Part shown: piece by piece, positions 44,505 through 54,789 of the stretch | How the letters are laid out: each line of letters opens with the position of its first letter | How positions within the stretch are numbered: the stretch's first letter is position 1 | From: Dehalococcoidia bacterium | GTDB taxonomy: Bacteria > Chloroflexota > Dehalococcoidia > Lucifugimonadales > UBA3495 | DNA length: 64,000 nucleotides | NCBI GenBank assembly: GCA_965262595.1 | Contig: OZ253548.1 | Location: 1,371,740-1,435,739 of the forward strand | Reading direction: 5' to 3' | The notes under the pieces: model-generated | Database searches by the model: none | Told to the model about the DNA's origin: nothing | Seen by the model: the letters and a program-made list of their open reading frames with translations, nothing else | Made by a program: the position numbers and the translations under genes

Positions 44505-45407
44505 TTAAGCCGGTTCATCCCCAAAGACTACCCGCACCGGCTCGCCTAGGCCCAATTCCAGGACTCGGCCGGCGTCATCGTCGCGGACGGCAATTTCCAG
44601 GTAACCGTTGCTGCCGATTAACGCTACCGGGGCTGGGCCGAGTCCGGCCTCGGAGCCATGAAAAGTACGGCTCAACCCGGAGATTCGGTGACGGCCAATT
44701 TCAACGGCAACCGGCTTGTCGGGCAGCGAGTCAGTCGGGATGTTAGTGATCAAGTTTCCGAACCGGTCGGTATAGATAACTTCTCCCCGGACGGTTCCCT
44801 TGACGGCGTTGCCCTGGAAGAATGGCTCCGGCGCAGGCTGATAGACCAGGTCGGCTACCGGCGTACCCAAAGTTTGCGCCGGAACACCCAGGGCCAGGTA
44901 GGCTGCGGACGGCGCAAACACGTCCCGGCCATGAAAGGTATTGCTTACCGGATGCAACCAGTAGCGGGGATTGGTCAACTCATAAGCTGCCAGTCCCGGC
45001 GGCACGGGAATACGGACCGGCTGCCCCGGCGCTGCGGGTTTTTCCGGCGCAAAAGCAGCCGCGGGCGGTACCGCAGGCGCAGCCAGGTATCCCTTAATTA
45101 CGTGGCTGAGCAGGCCGTTATCCGGCGCCAGGAAACGGACGGTCGGGGTCACCAATAACAAGGCGCGACGCTCCGTACCCACTCCGGGATCGATTACCGC
45201 GACATGAATGGTGTTCGAAGGGAAGTAGGAGTAGTTGGTTCCCAGGACAAAAGAGGCTTGACGCAGGTTCTGCGGTTGAATCTCGTGGGTTAGGTCAATG
45301 ATGACGGCTTGGGGGTTGATGTTAAGGATAACTCCCTTCATTACCCCCACAAAAGCGTCGGCCAGCCCGAAATCGGTAGTCAGGACAATGGGCGGAGTAG
45401 CGGTCAT
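44505..45407 (-). CDS. SAM hydroxide adenosyltransferase / chlorinase-fluorinase family (DUF62)
   Basis: The N-terminus IVLTTDFGLADAFVGVMKGVI is typical of the family. Confidence 0.75.
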   Translation of the reverse strand: MTATPPIVLTTDFGLADAFVGVMKGVILNINPQAVIIDLTHEIQPQNLRQASFVLGTNYSYFPSNTIHVAVIDPGVGTERRALLLVTPTVRFLAPDNGLLSHVIKGYLAAPAVPPAAAFAPEKPAAPGQPVRIPVPPGLAAYELTNPRYWLHPVSNTFHGRDVFAPSAAYLALGVPAQTLGTPVADLVYQPAPEPFFQGNAVKGTVRGEVIYTDRFGNLITNIPTDSLPDKPVAVEIGRHRISGLSRTFHGSEAGLGPAPVALIGSNGYLEIAVRDDDAGRVLELGLGEPVRVVFGDEPA

Positions 45408-45453
45408 AAAGACAATTCAGTCACTACCGGGTAAAGCGGGTCGCGTCGGCGGC

Positions 45454-45672
45454 CTAGCCGGAAAATAGCTGTACGCTGACGATGGATACCAGGATGAACA
45501 CCGCCGACAGGACTATAGTGAGCTGGAACAGGGTCTTTTCCAGCCCGCGGCGAGTGCGGACGGTGGACTGGGCGCTGCCGAAAAGTCCGCTGCCTCCTTC
45601 CTTGACTTGGGACAGGATGATTAGCACCAGCACCACGGACACCAGAATCTGGGCGATATTAAGGTAGATCAC
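45454..45672 (-). CDS. secG: preprotein translocase subunit SecG
   Basis: 72 aa with two TM segments and a Gly-rich loop (KEGGSGLFGSAQS). Confidence 0.75.
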   Translation of the reverse strand: MIYLNIAQILVSVVLVLIILSQVKEGGSGLFGSAQSTVRTRRGLEKTLFQLTIVLSAVFILVSIVSVQLFSG

Positions 45673-45713
45673 AAAGTACCTCAGTTAATTTCGGCGGCTC
45701 TATTTCTATTGGT

Positions 45714-47213
45714 CTATTTCGCTGCTGTTTCAGCATTTTTGAGTGCTTCCAGTCCGACCTGCACCAACTCCAGGGCCAGCTCCGGTTTGGCCTGACCGCG
45801 GGTCAGCTTCATCACCTGACCAATCAAAAATCGGGCCGCCGTTTCTTTGCCATTCACGTAGTCGGCCACCGCTTTAGGGTTGTCGGCCAGGGCCTGAGTT
45901 ACCGCCGATTCCACAACCGAAGAGTCATTTATCTGGCTGTAACCCTTTTCCTTCACGATTTCAGCCGGATCATCGCCGCTGGCAAAAGCCTCTTCCAGCA
46001 CCGTTTTGGCGAGAGCGCCGCTGAGAGCGCCGGAGTCAATCAGGCCAAGCAGTTCCACCAGTTGGAATGGCGTCACCTTGACCTCTAAAATGTTCCGGTT
46101 CTCCAGGTTCATCAACCGGAGCAATTCCCCCCGCATCCAGTTGCTAACATTCCTGGAGAAAGTTTTGACCTCGGCGCCCAAACCTGATTCTGAACCGAGG
46201 GCCACTACTTTTTCGAAGTAATCGGCCAAGGGGCGGGAGCCGGTAAGCAAGTCGGCATCATCTTGAGGAAGTCCATACTGCTCGACAAAGCGGGATTTGC
46301 GCTGGGTCGCCAGCTCCGGCAAACCCTGGCGTATCGTTTCAACCCAGGTCGAATTGACCAGCAACGGCGGCAGGTCCGGCTCCGGGAAGTAACGGTAGTC
46401 GTGGGCTTCCTCTTTGCTGCGTTGGGAAACGGTGACGCCCCGCTCTTCGATCCAGCCGCGGGTTTCCTGGACAATACGTCCGCCGTCTTCCAGTATTTTC
46501 CGCTGCCGTTCAACTTCGTAGTTCAGGGCCAGAAACACCGACCGGAAGCTGTTCATGTTTTTGACTTCGGCGCGGGTGCCAAATTGGTCGCTGCCTTGGG
46601 GACGGATGCTGACGTTGGCGTCGCAGCGGAAGTTGCCGTCCTGCATATTTGCCGAGGAAACGCCCAGGTACTGCAAAATGGAATGCAGGGTCACCAGATA
46701 GGCGCGCGCTTCCTCGGGAGAACGCATATCCGGCTCGCTGACCACTTCCATTAAAGGCACGCCGGCCCGGTTCACGTCCACTAGGCTGTACGGTTCTCCG
46801 GGGGCGTCGGGGAAATGCAGGAGTTTGGCGGCGTCCTCTTCCAGATGCACCCGCATCACTCGGACCGACTTGGCGATACCTTCTACCGCTATTTCCAGGG
46901 CGCCGTCCTCGGCCAGGGGCAGGTCGAACTGGGACACCTGGTAGCCCTTCATCAAGTCCGGGTAGGGGTAATTCTTGCGGTCGAACTTGGAGTAGTCCGG
47001 AATACGGCAACCCAGGGCCAGACCGGTCATTATGGTATATTCCACTGCCTTGCGATTGATGACCGGGAGGGCGCCGGGCAGCCCCAGGCAGACCGGGCAG
47101 ACTCGACTGTTGGGCGGAGCGTACTGGTAGTCCGCCGGACAGGCGCAAAACATCTTGCTCCGGGTCTGCAACTGAACGTGAACTTCCAGGCCAATAACAG
47201 TTTCGTATTGCAT
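45714..47213 (-). CDS. gatB: Asp/Glu-tRNA amidotransferase subunit B
   Basis: The sequence [15 protein letters not shown]...KMFC is the canonical GatB N-terminus. Confidence 0.95.
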   Translation of the reverse strand: MQYETVIGLEVHVQLQTRSKMFCACPADYQYAPPNSRVCPVCLGLPGALPVINRKAVEYTIMTGLALGCRIPDYSKFDRKNYPYPDLMKGYQVSQFDLPLAEDGALEIAVEGIAKSVRVMRVHLEEDAAKLLHFPDAPGEPYSLVDVNRAGVPLMEVVSEPDMRSPEEARAYLVTLHSILQYLGVSSANMQDGNFRCDANVSIRPQGSDQFGTRAEVKNMNSFRSVFLALNYEVERQRKILEDGGRIVQETRGWIEERGVTVSQRSKEEAHDYRYFPEPDLPPLLVNSTWVETIRQGLPELATQRKSRFVEQYGLPQDDADLLTGSRPLADYFEKVVALGSESGLGAEVKTFSRNVSNWMRGELLRLMNLENRNILEVKVTPFQLVELLGLIDSGALSGALAKTVLEEAFASGDDPAEIVKEKGYSQINDSSVVESAVTQALADNPKAVADYVNGKETAARFLIGQVMKLTRGQAKPELALELVQVGLEALKNAETAAK

Positions 47214-47331
47214 CTTGTTTTCGGGAGGCCGATTCTAAGGAAATATAAACTGAGGGCTAGTATATCAGTGCTAACGGAGCTACTCAAGAAAGATGGCGTA
47301 CTTGATTAAAGGCGATTTCTCCGTATAGATA

Positions 47332-48747
47332 TCAGCAGAAGTTTTGCGTGAAATAAACTCTCTCATCGGAGGAGACAGCCACACCAATACCTTCCTTGTC
47401 GTAACTGCTATCCAAGATGTTAGCCCGATGGCCCGGGCTATTCATCCAACCATTTACTGTAATTTCGGCGATTTCCTCCAAAGTGTACCAGTCTTTGCTA
47501 ACCAACACTCCGTTAAGGTTAGTAGTGGAGCCGTAAAGCCCACCCTGAAAAATGTTCTCAGCCAAGCCAAAAGTGAAATAACTGCCATAGTCCTTCCGGC
47601 AGTCATAGCCCTGTCGGGTGCCCCGGTCAGTAGGACTTTCCCCGGCAAGATTAGTATGCGAAAAGTAACCAAAATCCGCCATATCTTCACTGTGGAATTT
47701 AGCAATACTGGCTAGTTTTGCGTCATACTCCAAAGCGCCCAGCCCGTGTTCCCGCCTTTCTTCATTTGTCAACTGATGAACCAGACGAGCCATTTCTTCG
47801 ACTTGGTGGGTCTGAGTGACGGGACCAAGAGTAGGCCGAGGAGTCGGGGCAGGGATAAGCGTTGAGGTGAGGGTTGGCTCAGGGCGCGACGCCGTCGAGT
47901 GAGGCGTTGCATCAAATCCGATCGTTACGGGCATCTTCCCCGTGGCGAGGAATTCGTCAAATTGTTCCCTGGTCAAAGCAACTTCAACGCCGGTTTCCGG
48001 GTGGTTGACCAAGAAAGCAAACGAACTGGGCGGGATTGGCGTTACCGTCGGTGGTACATTAGCCGCAGTTGGCTCCGGAACGACCGTAACCGCGACCGCT
48101 GGCTCCAAAGCTGGCTCCAAAGCTGGCTCCAAAGCTGGCTCCAAAGTTCGTTCCGAAGTTGGCTCAACCAATACCGCAGGTAGGAGAGCTTCGGTGGGCG
48201 CCACCAAGAGTTCCCTGGCCGGTTCACTCATCGAATTGGCCGGCGACGTTTCGGGGCGATTCCTCTCACGAACACCTTGAGACCGCTCCTCACCCGGCAG
48301 GGATGACCTACCATTAGATGCGTTGACCATCTCCGCAATTAGCCCGACAACTGAGCTGGGAATGGTAATAACGCGATTTAGGGCAACTGCAACAGCGCGC
48401 TCCGGCCCCAAATTACCCTGTTCCTGGAAATCTTGCCATACACCCAGTCCAGCCCAAAGCAGGATGGCGACGACAATTACGGCTACCAGTTTCATGAGCT
48501 TTCCACCGGACTTGCGGCGTCCAGGTCCGGGGACTACTACCCGGTTTGGCCGAGCTCGACCCTGAGGCCGAACTGTATTGGCTGGTTCAGGCCGAGTCCG
48601 ACCGGACGGCCTTGAGGTGATGTCCCGGCCCCGCCAGACTTGCCGCCCTGGCTGGTAACCCCCTCTTCTTGCCACGCAGGAAACACAGGTGCAGGCCGGC
48701 GGATGACTACCTCGCATATAGTTTCGGTCATCAAGAGGCATAGACAA
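47332..48747 (-). CDS. membrane-anchored CAP/SCP (YkwD-like) domain protein
   Basis: The C-terminus has NSPGHRANIL and FSHTN motifs. It has an N-terminal TM segment and a (LEPA)n repeat linker. Confidence 0.7.
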   Translation of the reverse strand: MSMPLDDRNYMRGSHPPACTCVSCVARRGGYQPGRQVWRGRDITSRPSGRTRPEPANTVRPQGRARPNRVVVPGPGRRKSGGKLMKLVAVIVVAILLWAGLGVWQDFQEQGNLGPERAVAVALNRVITIPSSVVGLIAEMVNASNGRSSLPGEERSQGVRERNRPETSPANSMSEPARELLVAPTEALLPAVLVEPTSERTLEPALEPALEPALEPAVAVTVVPEPTAANVPPTVTPIPPSSFAFLVNHPETGVEVALTREQFDEFLATGKMPVTIGFDATPHSTASRPEPTLTSTLIPAPTPRPTLGPVTQTHQVEEMARLVHQLTNEERREHGLGALEYDAKLASIAKFHSEDMADFGYFSHTNLAGESPTDRGTRQGYDCRKDYGSYFTFGLAENIFQGGLYGSTTNLNGVLVSKDWYTLEEIAEITVNGWMNSPGHRANILDSSYDKEGIGVAVSSDERVYFTQNFC

Positions 48748-48814
48748 CCTCCTTTTCCTCTTGCCCTCTTGTCTCCGGCGAAAAACCGCCCGCCTCTACA
48801 TTACAAACCCGCCT

Positions 48815-50050
48815 TTACTCTACAAAGATGGAGTAGTTGGTTAGAACCACCGGCGCCCCTTCAGCCCTGGCCCAAATGTGTACCGTATAGACGCCGGGAC
48901 CGGAAGCTTCCAGGATGGGGGCCAGGTCGGCAGCTACCCGAAAGTCGGAACCGGAAATATCCCAAACGGCTGCGGTAGTCCAGGGAACGGCCCAGGTATG
49001 GGTAACATCCACCCGCAAGGGCGGCGCGGTGATCCGGGCCAACCCGTCGTCCAGAGTGTAAGGGTCGATACCCGATTTCCAGCCATAGTTGAACACCGAA
49101 TCCGGATAATAATGGCCTTCCGCCAGGGGCCGGCGCAGGAATGTGGCCGGGTATTGGCCGTTGCCATAGGAATAGGTGGCGTCAAGGCGGCCCGGCGTTA
49201 AAGGCTGTAGCGGCTGGTGAAACCAAAGGGCAACGCTGTCAAACTCCAGCCCGTCCCGTAAGGTACCGGCAAAGCTGAGGACGCTCCCCGATATTTGGGG
49301 CCGATCATTGAACTCCAGGTGTCCTCCCTCAAATTGCTGCACCACCCAGCAGTTGAAATAGTTACAGGCAATCCCCAGGTTAACCGACCGGTGCCACTCA
49401 TCGAGAATATTGGCCCGATGCTCCGGACTGGTCATGAACCGCTCCTGGACCGCGATCAATAATTGGTCGGGCGACAACCCGGATAGCTCCGGTTCAGAAG
49501 TTTCATCGGTTTCATCAGTTTCATCGGTCAAGAGTTCCGGGCCGGAAATGTTCTCCAGCTCCCGATTGAACCCGCCGCCCCGGGTGTAACGCATATATGG
49601 AGTCAGCCCGTCCATTCCCCAGTGGGATCGGTAATTGCGCCGCATCATATCTTCCGCATGCTGTTGAGCGGCGGCATTGGCGCCAATAGCCAGAGCGGCC
49701 AAATTGTTCGCAGCGCGATCGGTGTTGATCAAGCCGAGCATGAACTGTTGACGCCGCAGGAGTTCTACCGATTCGGCCGGTGAAGAAACTGACGGACCTG
49801 TGGCAATGCCAGGAGAAGACCCGGAGGTGTAGGCGGCGGCAGTTGGTTCGCCCGCTGGCAAGCCGTCTGACGGTTGGGGTTGTGCGGCCAATTCCGGTGT
49901 TGAGCGCAACCGGTTTAGAGCAGAGCCAATAGACCGGCCGACCGCAAAATCACCGTGCCGCTGATAGTCTTGCCAGGCGACAATCCCGACTATGCCCAAC
50001 AGGGCCAGGGCAAACAGGCCGCTCAGGCCAAAAACTAGCTTGCGATACAT
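48815..50050 (-). CDS. membrane-anchored CAP/SCP domain protein (paralogue)
   Basis: It has TSPEHRANIL, an N-terminal TM segment and a (TDE)n repeat. Confidence 0.7.
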   Translation of the reverse strand: MYRKLVFGLSGLFALALLGIVGIVAWQDYQRHGDFAVGRSIGSALNRLRSTPELAAQPQPSDGLPAGEPTAAAYTSGSSPGIATGPSVSSPAESVELLRRQQFMLGLINTDRAANNLAALAIGANAAAQQHAEDMMRRNYRSHWGMDGLTPYMRYTRGGGFNRELENISGPELLTDETDETDETSEPELSGLSPDQLLIAVQERFMTSPEHRANILDEWHRSVNLGIACNYFNCWVVQQFEGGHLEFNDRPQISGSVLSFAGTLRDGLEFDSVALWFHQPLQPLTPGRLDATYSYGNGQYPATFLRRPLAEGHYYPDSVFNYGWKSGIDPYTLDDGLARITAPPLRVDVTHTWAVPWTTAAVWDISGSDFRVAADLAPILEASGPGVYTVHIWARAEGAPVVLTNYSIFVE

Positions 50051-50185
50051 CTACAGTTCATCGGGATTCCTCCATTAGCATCAGGGAGCCGGTATCCGGC
50101 CCCCTGACGAATGGCCTGGTTTTGGCGGAAGTTCCGACTTCCCCGGCATCCGGGGCCGGGTATTCGGCCCGGGTTAGGGAACTCC

Positions 50186-52138
50186 CTATTCCTCGTCTCC
50201 GTATTGCGACTTCAGAGACTCCACCACTGCCGGGTCGGCCAACGTGGTGGTGTCGCCCAGGGCGCGGCCCTCGGCCACGTCCCGAAGCAGCCGGCGCATA
50301 ATTTTGCCGCTGCGAGTTTTGGGCAGTTCGGCGGCAAAGTAGATGTCATCGGGGCGGGCCATGGGGCCGATTTTGGTAGTTACGTGGGCTTTAAGCTCAG
50401 CTATAAGCTCGTCGGAGGCCACAACCTGGTCCTTGATGGTGACAAATGCCACGATTGCCTGCCCCTTGATTTCGTGGGATTTGCCAATGCAGGCCGCCTC
50501 CGCAACCTTGGAATTGTCCACCAGGGCGCTTTCCACTTCCATGGTGCTGATGCGGTGGGCGGAAACGTTAATCACATCGTCCACCCGGCCCAGCAGCCAG
50601 AAGTAGCCGTCCTCATCCAGCTTGGCCCCGTCGGCAGTAAAGTAAACCTCCGGGTAGCGAGACCAGTACTGTTCAACGAACCGCTCCGGGTCGCCGTAGA
50701 TGCCCCGCAGCATGGAAGGCCAGGGGCGTTTAATCGTCAGATAGCCGCCGCCACCGGGGCCAACCGGATTGCCGGCTTCGTCAAGAATCTCGGCGTCGAT
50801 GCCGGGGAACGGTTGGGTAGCCGAGCCGGGCTTAAGGGTGGTTATGCCCGGCAGCGGGCTGATTAGTATCGAGCCGGTCTCGGTTTGCCACCAGGTATCC
50901 ACCACCGGACAGCGGCCACCGCCAATGTTCTGCCAGTACCACACCCAGGCCTCCGGATTAATCGGTTCGCCCACCGACCCCAGCAGGCGCAACGTGGACA
51001 TATTGTGACGATCGGGATACTCCTCACCCCAGCGCATAAAGGTTCGAATCGCGGTGGGAGCAGTATAGAGAATGGTGCAGCCATACTTTTCCACAATGGC
51101 CCAGAAGCGGTCCCGGTCCGGATAATCCGGCGAACCCTCATACATAACCGAGGTGGCGCCGTTAGCCAGGGGGCCATAGACAATGTAACTGTGTCCGGTT
51201 ACCCAACCAATGTCGGCGGTACACCAGTAAACGTCATCCTCTTTGAGGTCAAAAATCCACTTCGTGGTGGCGTAAGTGCCGGTCAGATAGCCGCCGGTGG
51301 AGTGGACAATGCCTTTGGGTTTGCCGGTAGTGCCGCTGGTATAGAGCATATAAAGCATATCCTCGCTATCCATCGGCTCCGGTTCGCAAGTCATTGGTTG
51401 GTCGGCCACCAGCTCGTGCCACCAAACATCCCGCCCATCCACCATCCGGTCGTCGGCGTGGCCGGTCCGTCGGACCACTACCATCTTTTCCACCGGAGTG
51501 TCGCCCTGCAGAGACTCGTCGGCGTTCTGTTTGAGCTGCACAATGGCGCCGCGCCGGTAACCGCCATCGGCGGTAATCATCACTTTGGATTGGGAGTCGT
51601 TCAGGCGGTCCCGGATCGACTCGGCGCTGAAGCCGCCAAAAATGACGCTGTGGGCGGCGCCAATGCGGGCGCAGGCCAGCATGGCAATGGGCAGTTCGGG
51701 CACCATCGGCAGGTAGATGGTCACCCGGTCGCCCTTGTTGACACCCAGGCTCTTGAGGCCGTTGGCAAAGCGGCAAACTTCCCGGTACAAGTCCCAGTAG
51801 GTATAAACCTGCCAGTCTCCCGGCTCGCCCTCCCAAATAATGGCGGCCTTGTTGCGGCGCGCCGAGGTCAAGTGACGGTCGATGCAGTTGTAGGAAGCAT
51901 TCAGCTTCCCGCCCACGAACCATTGAGCGTAGGGAGGATTCCATTCCAGCACCTTGTCCCAGGGCTGGAACCAATCGAGTTCGCCGGCGAACCGGGCCCA
52001 AAAGGCCTCCGGGTCTTTGCGGGCCTCATCATAAACGTTGGGGTCGCTAATGTTGGCTTGCCGACGAAACTCGTCCGACGGCGGGAAGGTGCGGTCTTCC
52101 TGAAGTAATGCTTCAATATTTCCGGTGCTTTCAACCAT
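50186..52138 (-). CDS. acs: acetyl-CoA synthetase
   Basis: 650 aa with the AMP-binding motif [11 protein letters not shown] and the canonical Acs N- and C-termini. Confidence 0.95.
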   Translation of the reverse strand: MVESTGNIEALLQEDRTFPPSDEFRRQANISDPNVYDEARKDPEAFWARFAGELDWFQPWDKVLEWNPPYAQWFVGGKLNASYNCIDRHLTSARRNKAAIIWEGEPGDWQVYTYWDLYREVCRFANGLKSLGVNKGDRVTIYLPMVPELPIAMLACARIGAAHSVIFGGFSAESIRDRLNDSQSKVMITADGGYRRGAIVQLKQNADESLQGDTPVEKMVVVRRTGHADDRMVDGRDVWWHELVADQPMTCEPEPMDSEDMLYMLYTSGTTGKPKGIVHSTGGYLTGTYATTKWIFDLKEDDVYWCTADIGWVTGHSYIVYGPLANGATSVMYEGSPDYPDRDRFWAIVEKYGCTILYTAPTAIRTFMRWGEEYPDRHNMSTLRLLGSVGEPINPEAWVWYWQNIGGGRCPVVDTWWQTETGSILISPLPGITTLKPGSATQPFPGIDAEILDEAGNPVGPGGGGYLTIKRPWPSMLRGIYGDPERFVEQYWSRYPEVYFTADGAKLDEDGYFWLLGRVDDVINVSAHRISTMEVESALVDNSKVAEAACIGKSHEIKGQAIVAFVTIKDQVVASDELIAELKAHVTTKIGPMARPDDIYFAAELPKTRSGKIMRRLLRDVAEGRALGDTTTLADPAVVESLKSQYGDEE

Positions 52139-52310
52139 GTCATTACCCCTTCAGTATATAACGAATAGAAAGCGTCAGGCTAATAGTATGCCGCTTACGT
52201 GCCATTTTAAGCACAAGGTAAAGGGGTTTGCAAATTGGTGAATACAGTGTCAACAATTGTCATTCCGAGTAGTAGCAGGACCAGCAGGTAAAAGGGGCAA
52301 AGTACCGCGC

Positions 52311-52937
52311 CTAACCTCTTTGACTCGTTTCTTCAATGTAGGCCAGAGGATTGTGCAAGAGGCTTTCGCCATTCATGAATCTCCCGAGTCCTGTATTGCA
52401 ACTGTCGCAGAGATACCCACGTGCGCGGCCTCCGTGGTGGTCGTGGTCAATGACCACCCAGACATTCACCCCGACAATACCCATTTTCCTGCAAATCGGG
52501 CATTGCCATAGCGTACCTTCGGCAGGCTTCAACCGCTGGGCTTCAGCCCGGGCTTCCTTGGTGAGACTACGTCGGTCGATGTCAACCCTACAACTTTGAC
52601 AGCTCGGGCGGCGAGTCTTTTGCCCTTTGGCGTCCGTCTGATTAACGTCAAAACTATCTTTGGGCTTTACCACAAAGCACCGATTACAAATGATGTTCGG
52701 AAAACCTTTGCCTGTCTTGGAAACATCAAACGACCTTGTATCTTTCTTGGCGACAATGAATGATGTACGTTGTCCGGGCAAAAAGACTTGTACTTCTTCA
52801 CCTTTTTCATCCTCCACTACACCTATTGAGTTTAGCGGAAAATGCGTACGGGTCGGTTCTCGAACATCATCCTGAACAACAAACCCCAATGACCCGGAAC
52901 AACGTACCCAATAATCGTTGCCTATTCTTCCGGGCAT
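52311..52937 (-). CDS. HNH / endonuclease-VII-like nuclease (restriction endonuclease candidate)
   Basis: The C-terminus reads DHDHHGGRARGYLCDSCNTGLGRF, with several CxxC pairs. It overlaps the 3' end of the adjacent methylase by 16 nt. Confidence 0.6.
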   Translation of the reverse strand: MPGRIGNDYWVRCSGSLGFVVQDDVREPTRTHFPLNSIGVVEDEKGEEVQVFLPGQRTSFIVAKKDTRSFDVSKTGKGFPNIICNRCFVVKPKDSFDVNQTDAKGQKTRRPSCQSCRVDIDRRSLTKEARAEAQRLKPAEGTLWQCPICRKMGIVGVNVWVVIDHDHHGGRARGYLCDSCNTGLGRFMNGESLLHNPLAYIEETSQRG

Positions 52938-53812
52938 TCTTCCTCCCCCAGTCCTTCTACCTCCACTTCGAATCCGGAATCTTTCAACCTCTGTTCCGCT
53001 ATCTCGATATAGTCCTTGGAAATGTCAATACCGATGAAACGGCGACCATTTATTTGAGCCATCTTACCAGTCGTGGCAGAGCCACACATGGGATCCAGCA
53101 CTAAATCCCCGGGATTACTCCAAGACAGGATATGGTCATTTGCCAGACCCTCCGGGAAAACGGCCGGGTGCTTAAATGCTATCTTATCGCTTGTAGTGCC
53201 TCCCAACCCGACGGCATATTGCCAAATATTGGTACGCGTCTTCTCCTTTTTAAGGCGCCCCATCCTTTTCTTGTTGATGCCGTCCGACAGCTTATTGTGA
53301 GTCAACAATTCATAACCGTTTCGCTTCGTTTGTTCCTTCAGGGCATTAAAAGTCGACGGCTTCCCTTTTACCAAGACAAACATCATTTCATAGGCATTTG
53401 TGTATGCGTTACTGCGCATGAAGGGAGTATTTTTCTTCTGGTATATCATTACGTCATGAACATTAAATCCAATTTCCTGAAATCGGATGCCCTGACGGAA
53501 ACTTGTCAAACTTCGCCCTCCGTTTATCTTGTCACCTACCACCCAAACCACAACCCCCCCCTCCTTCGTGACGCGGAAAAGTTGTTGGGCTATTTCGTCA
53601 AAGTTAAACCTGTACCCATTGTAGTCACGTATTTCGTCGTAAGGAGGAGATGTAACAGTGAGATCAATGCAGTTGCTATCCCATTTCTCCATTATTTTCG
53701 CGCAGTCGCCTTCTATGAGACGCGCTGGAGCCAAGAACAATTGGCTGCTCAAAACATTGTCAGAATAACTCATTTTTTGATCCGAGATGCTGTGTCCAGT
53801 CATCGATCGCAT
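52922..53812 (-). CDS. N4/N6 DNA methyltransferase (beta-class, SPPY)
   Basis: Motif IV is LTVTSPPYDEIRDY and motif I is VLDPMCGSATTGKMA. AAGGAG is the RBS. Confidence 0.85.
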   Translation of the reverse strand: MRSMTGHSISDQKMSYSDNVLSSQLFLAPARLIEGDCAKIMEKWDSNCIDLTVTSPPYDEIRDYNGYRFNFDEIAQQLFRVTKEGGVVVWVVGDKINGGRSLTSFRQGIRFQEIGFNVHDVMIYQKKNTPFMRSNAYTNAYEMMFVLVKGKPSTFNALKEQTKRNGYELLTHNKLSDGINKKRMGRLKKEKTRTNIWQYAVGLGGTTSDKIAFKHPAVFPEGLANDHILSWSNPGDLVLDPMCGSATTGKMAQINGRRFIGIDISKDYIEIAEQRLKDSGFEVEVEGLGEEECPEE

Positions 53813-53938
53813 CTCCTTACTATGGAACTAGCGATTCAATATTGTATTAACCTAAACAAGGCAGCAAAAAGATAGCACAACTGTCCGGCCTTCACAATCC
53901 ACTTGCTGAAAGTAAAGCCGTAAGTAGATGTCGTCCGA

Positions 53939-54601
53939 CTATTCCGGCGGGTTCAACTCCAACAGTTTCTCAAAAAGTTTCTGCGTCTGAACCACATCGC
54001 CGGCGGCCCGGTGAGCGCGGACCCGGCCGGTGGAAATGCCCAGGTCGGCGCAGGCGGCGGCCAGGCTATAGCGCAGGTGCGGCGACCGGACGGCCACCAC
54101 CCGTTGCACGTAGTCGCGATGCGATTCCCCGGGGGCGCGGTAACTGCCCAACTTATAGCCTTTGTATAGTCCCATCGTATCTATGAACCGCCAAACCGGC
54201 AGATCATCCACCTCATCAATCAACCGCGCCGGCGTTTGACCCTCCTCCGCAGCGCGGCGGTGAACCCGGGCCGCCTCGAGCAGGAAAGCGCGGTCGAACC
54301 GAATAATATTGTGCCCCACCAGGGGCAGGTCGCCGATACGCTCTACGAACCAGCCCAGGGCCGCATCAATGGAGATACCCCGGTCGATCAGGTCGCGGTC
54401 TGTAATCCCGGTCAGGTTCGTTATCAATGGCGGCACCGGCCGGTCTATCTTGACCAGCGCCGAGTCGGTAACCGGCCTTTGGCCCGGCAGGATCACCGCA
54501 ACTCCTATCTCGATAATCAAGTCAGTCCAGCAATCCAGGCCGGTTGTCTCCAGATCAACCACCGCATAGCCTTTTTCCAAAGTCATTGCCGCTCCACTCA
54601 T
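53939..54601 (-). CDS. DEDDh 3'-5' exonuclease (DnaQ/epsilon-like)
   Basis: The Exo I motif is YAVVDLETTGLD, and HNIIRFD is also present. Confidence 0.8.
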   Translation of the reverse strand: MSGAAMTLEKGYAVVDLETTGLDCWTDLIIEIGVAVILPGQRPVTDSALVKIDRPVPPLITNLTGITDRDLIDRGISIDAALGWFVERIGDLPLVGHNIIRFDRAFLLEAARVHRRAAEEGQTPARLIDEVDDLPVWRFIDTMGLYKGYKLGSYRAPGESHRDYVQRVVAVRSPHLRYSLAAACADLGISTGRVRAHRAAGDVVQTQKLFEKLLELNPPE

Positions 54602-54789
54602 TGTGCCGCTCCGCTTAAATTTTCGACTGCCCGGCGCCCGCTTGATTATACCTGGGGCTTATTAAATCCCTTTTCTTATCGACTTCCTTTTATGGTACAA
54701 TAGGCCAATCCGGTGCCCCTGGCGGGTACGGAACCACATGAACCACACCAACGGCGATACCATCAACACCGCAATTGAGAGGGTTGGCT

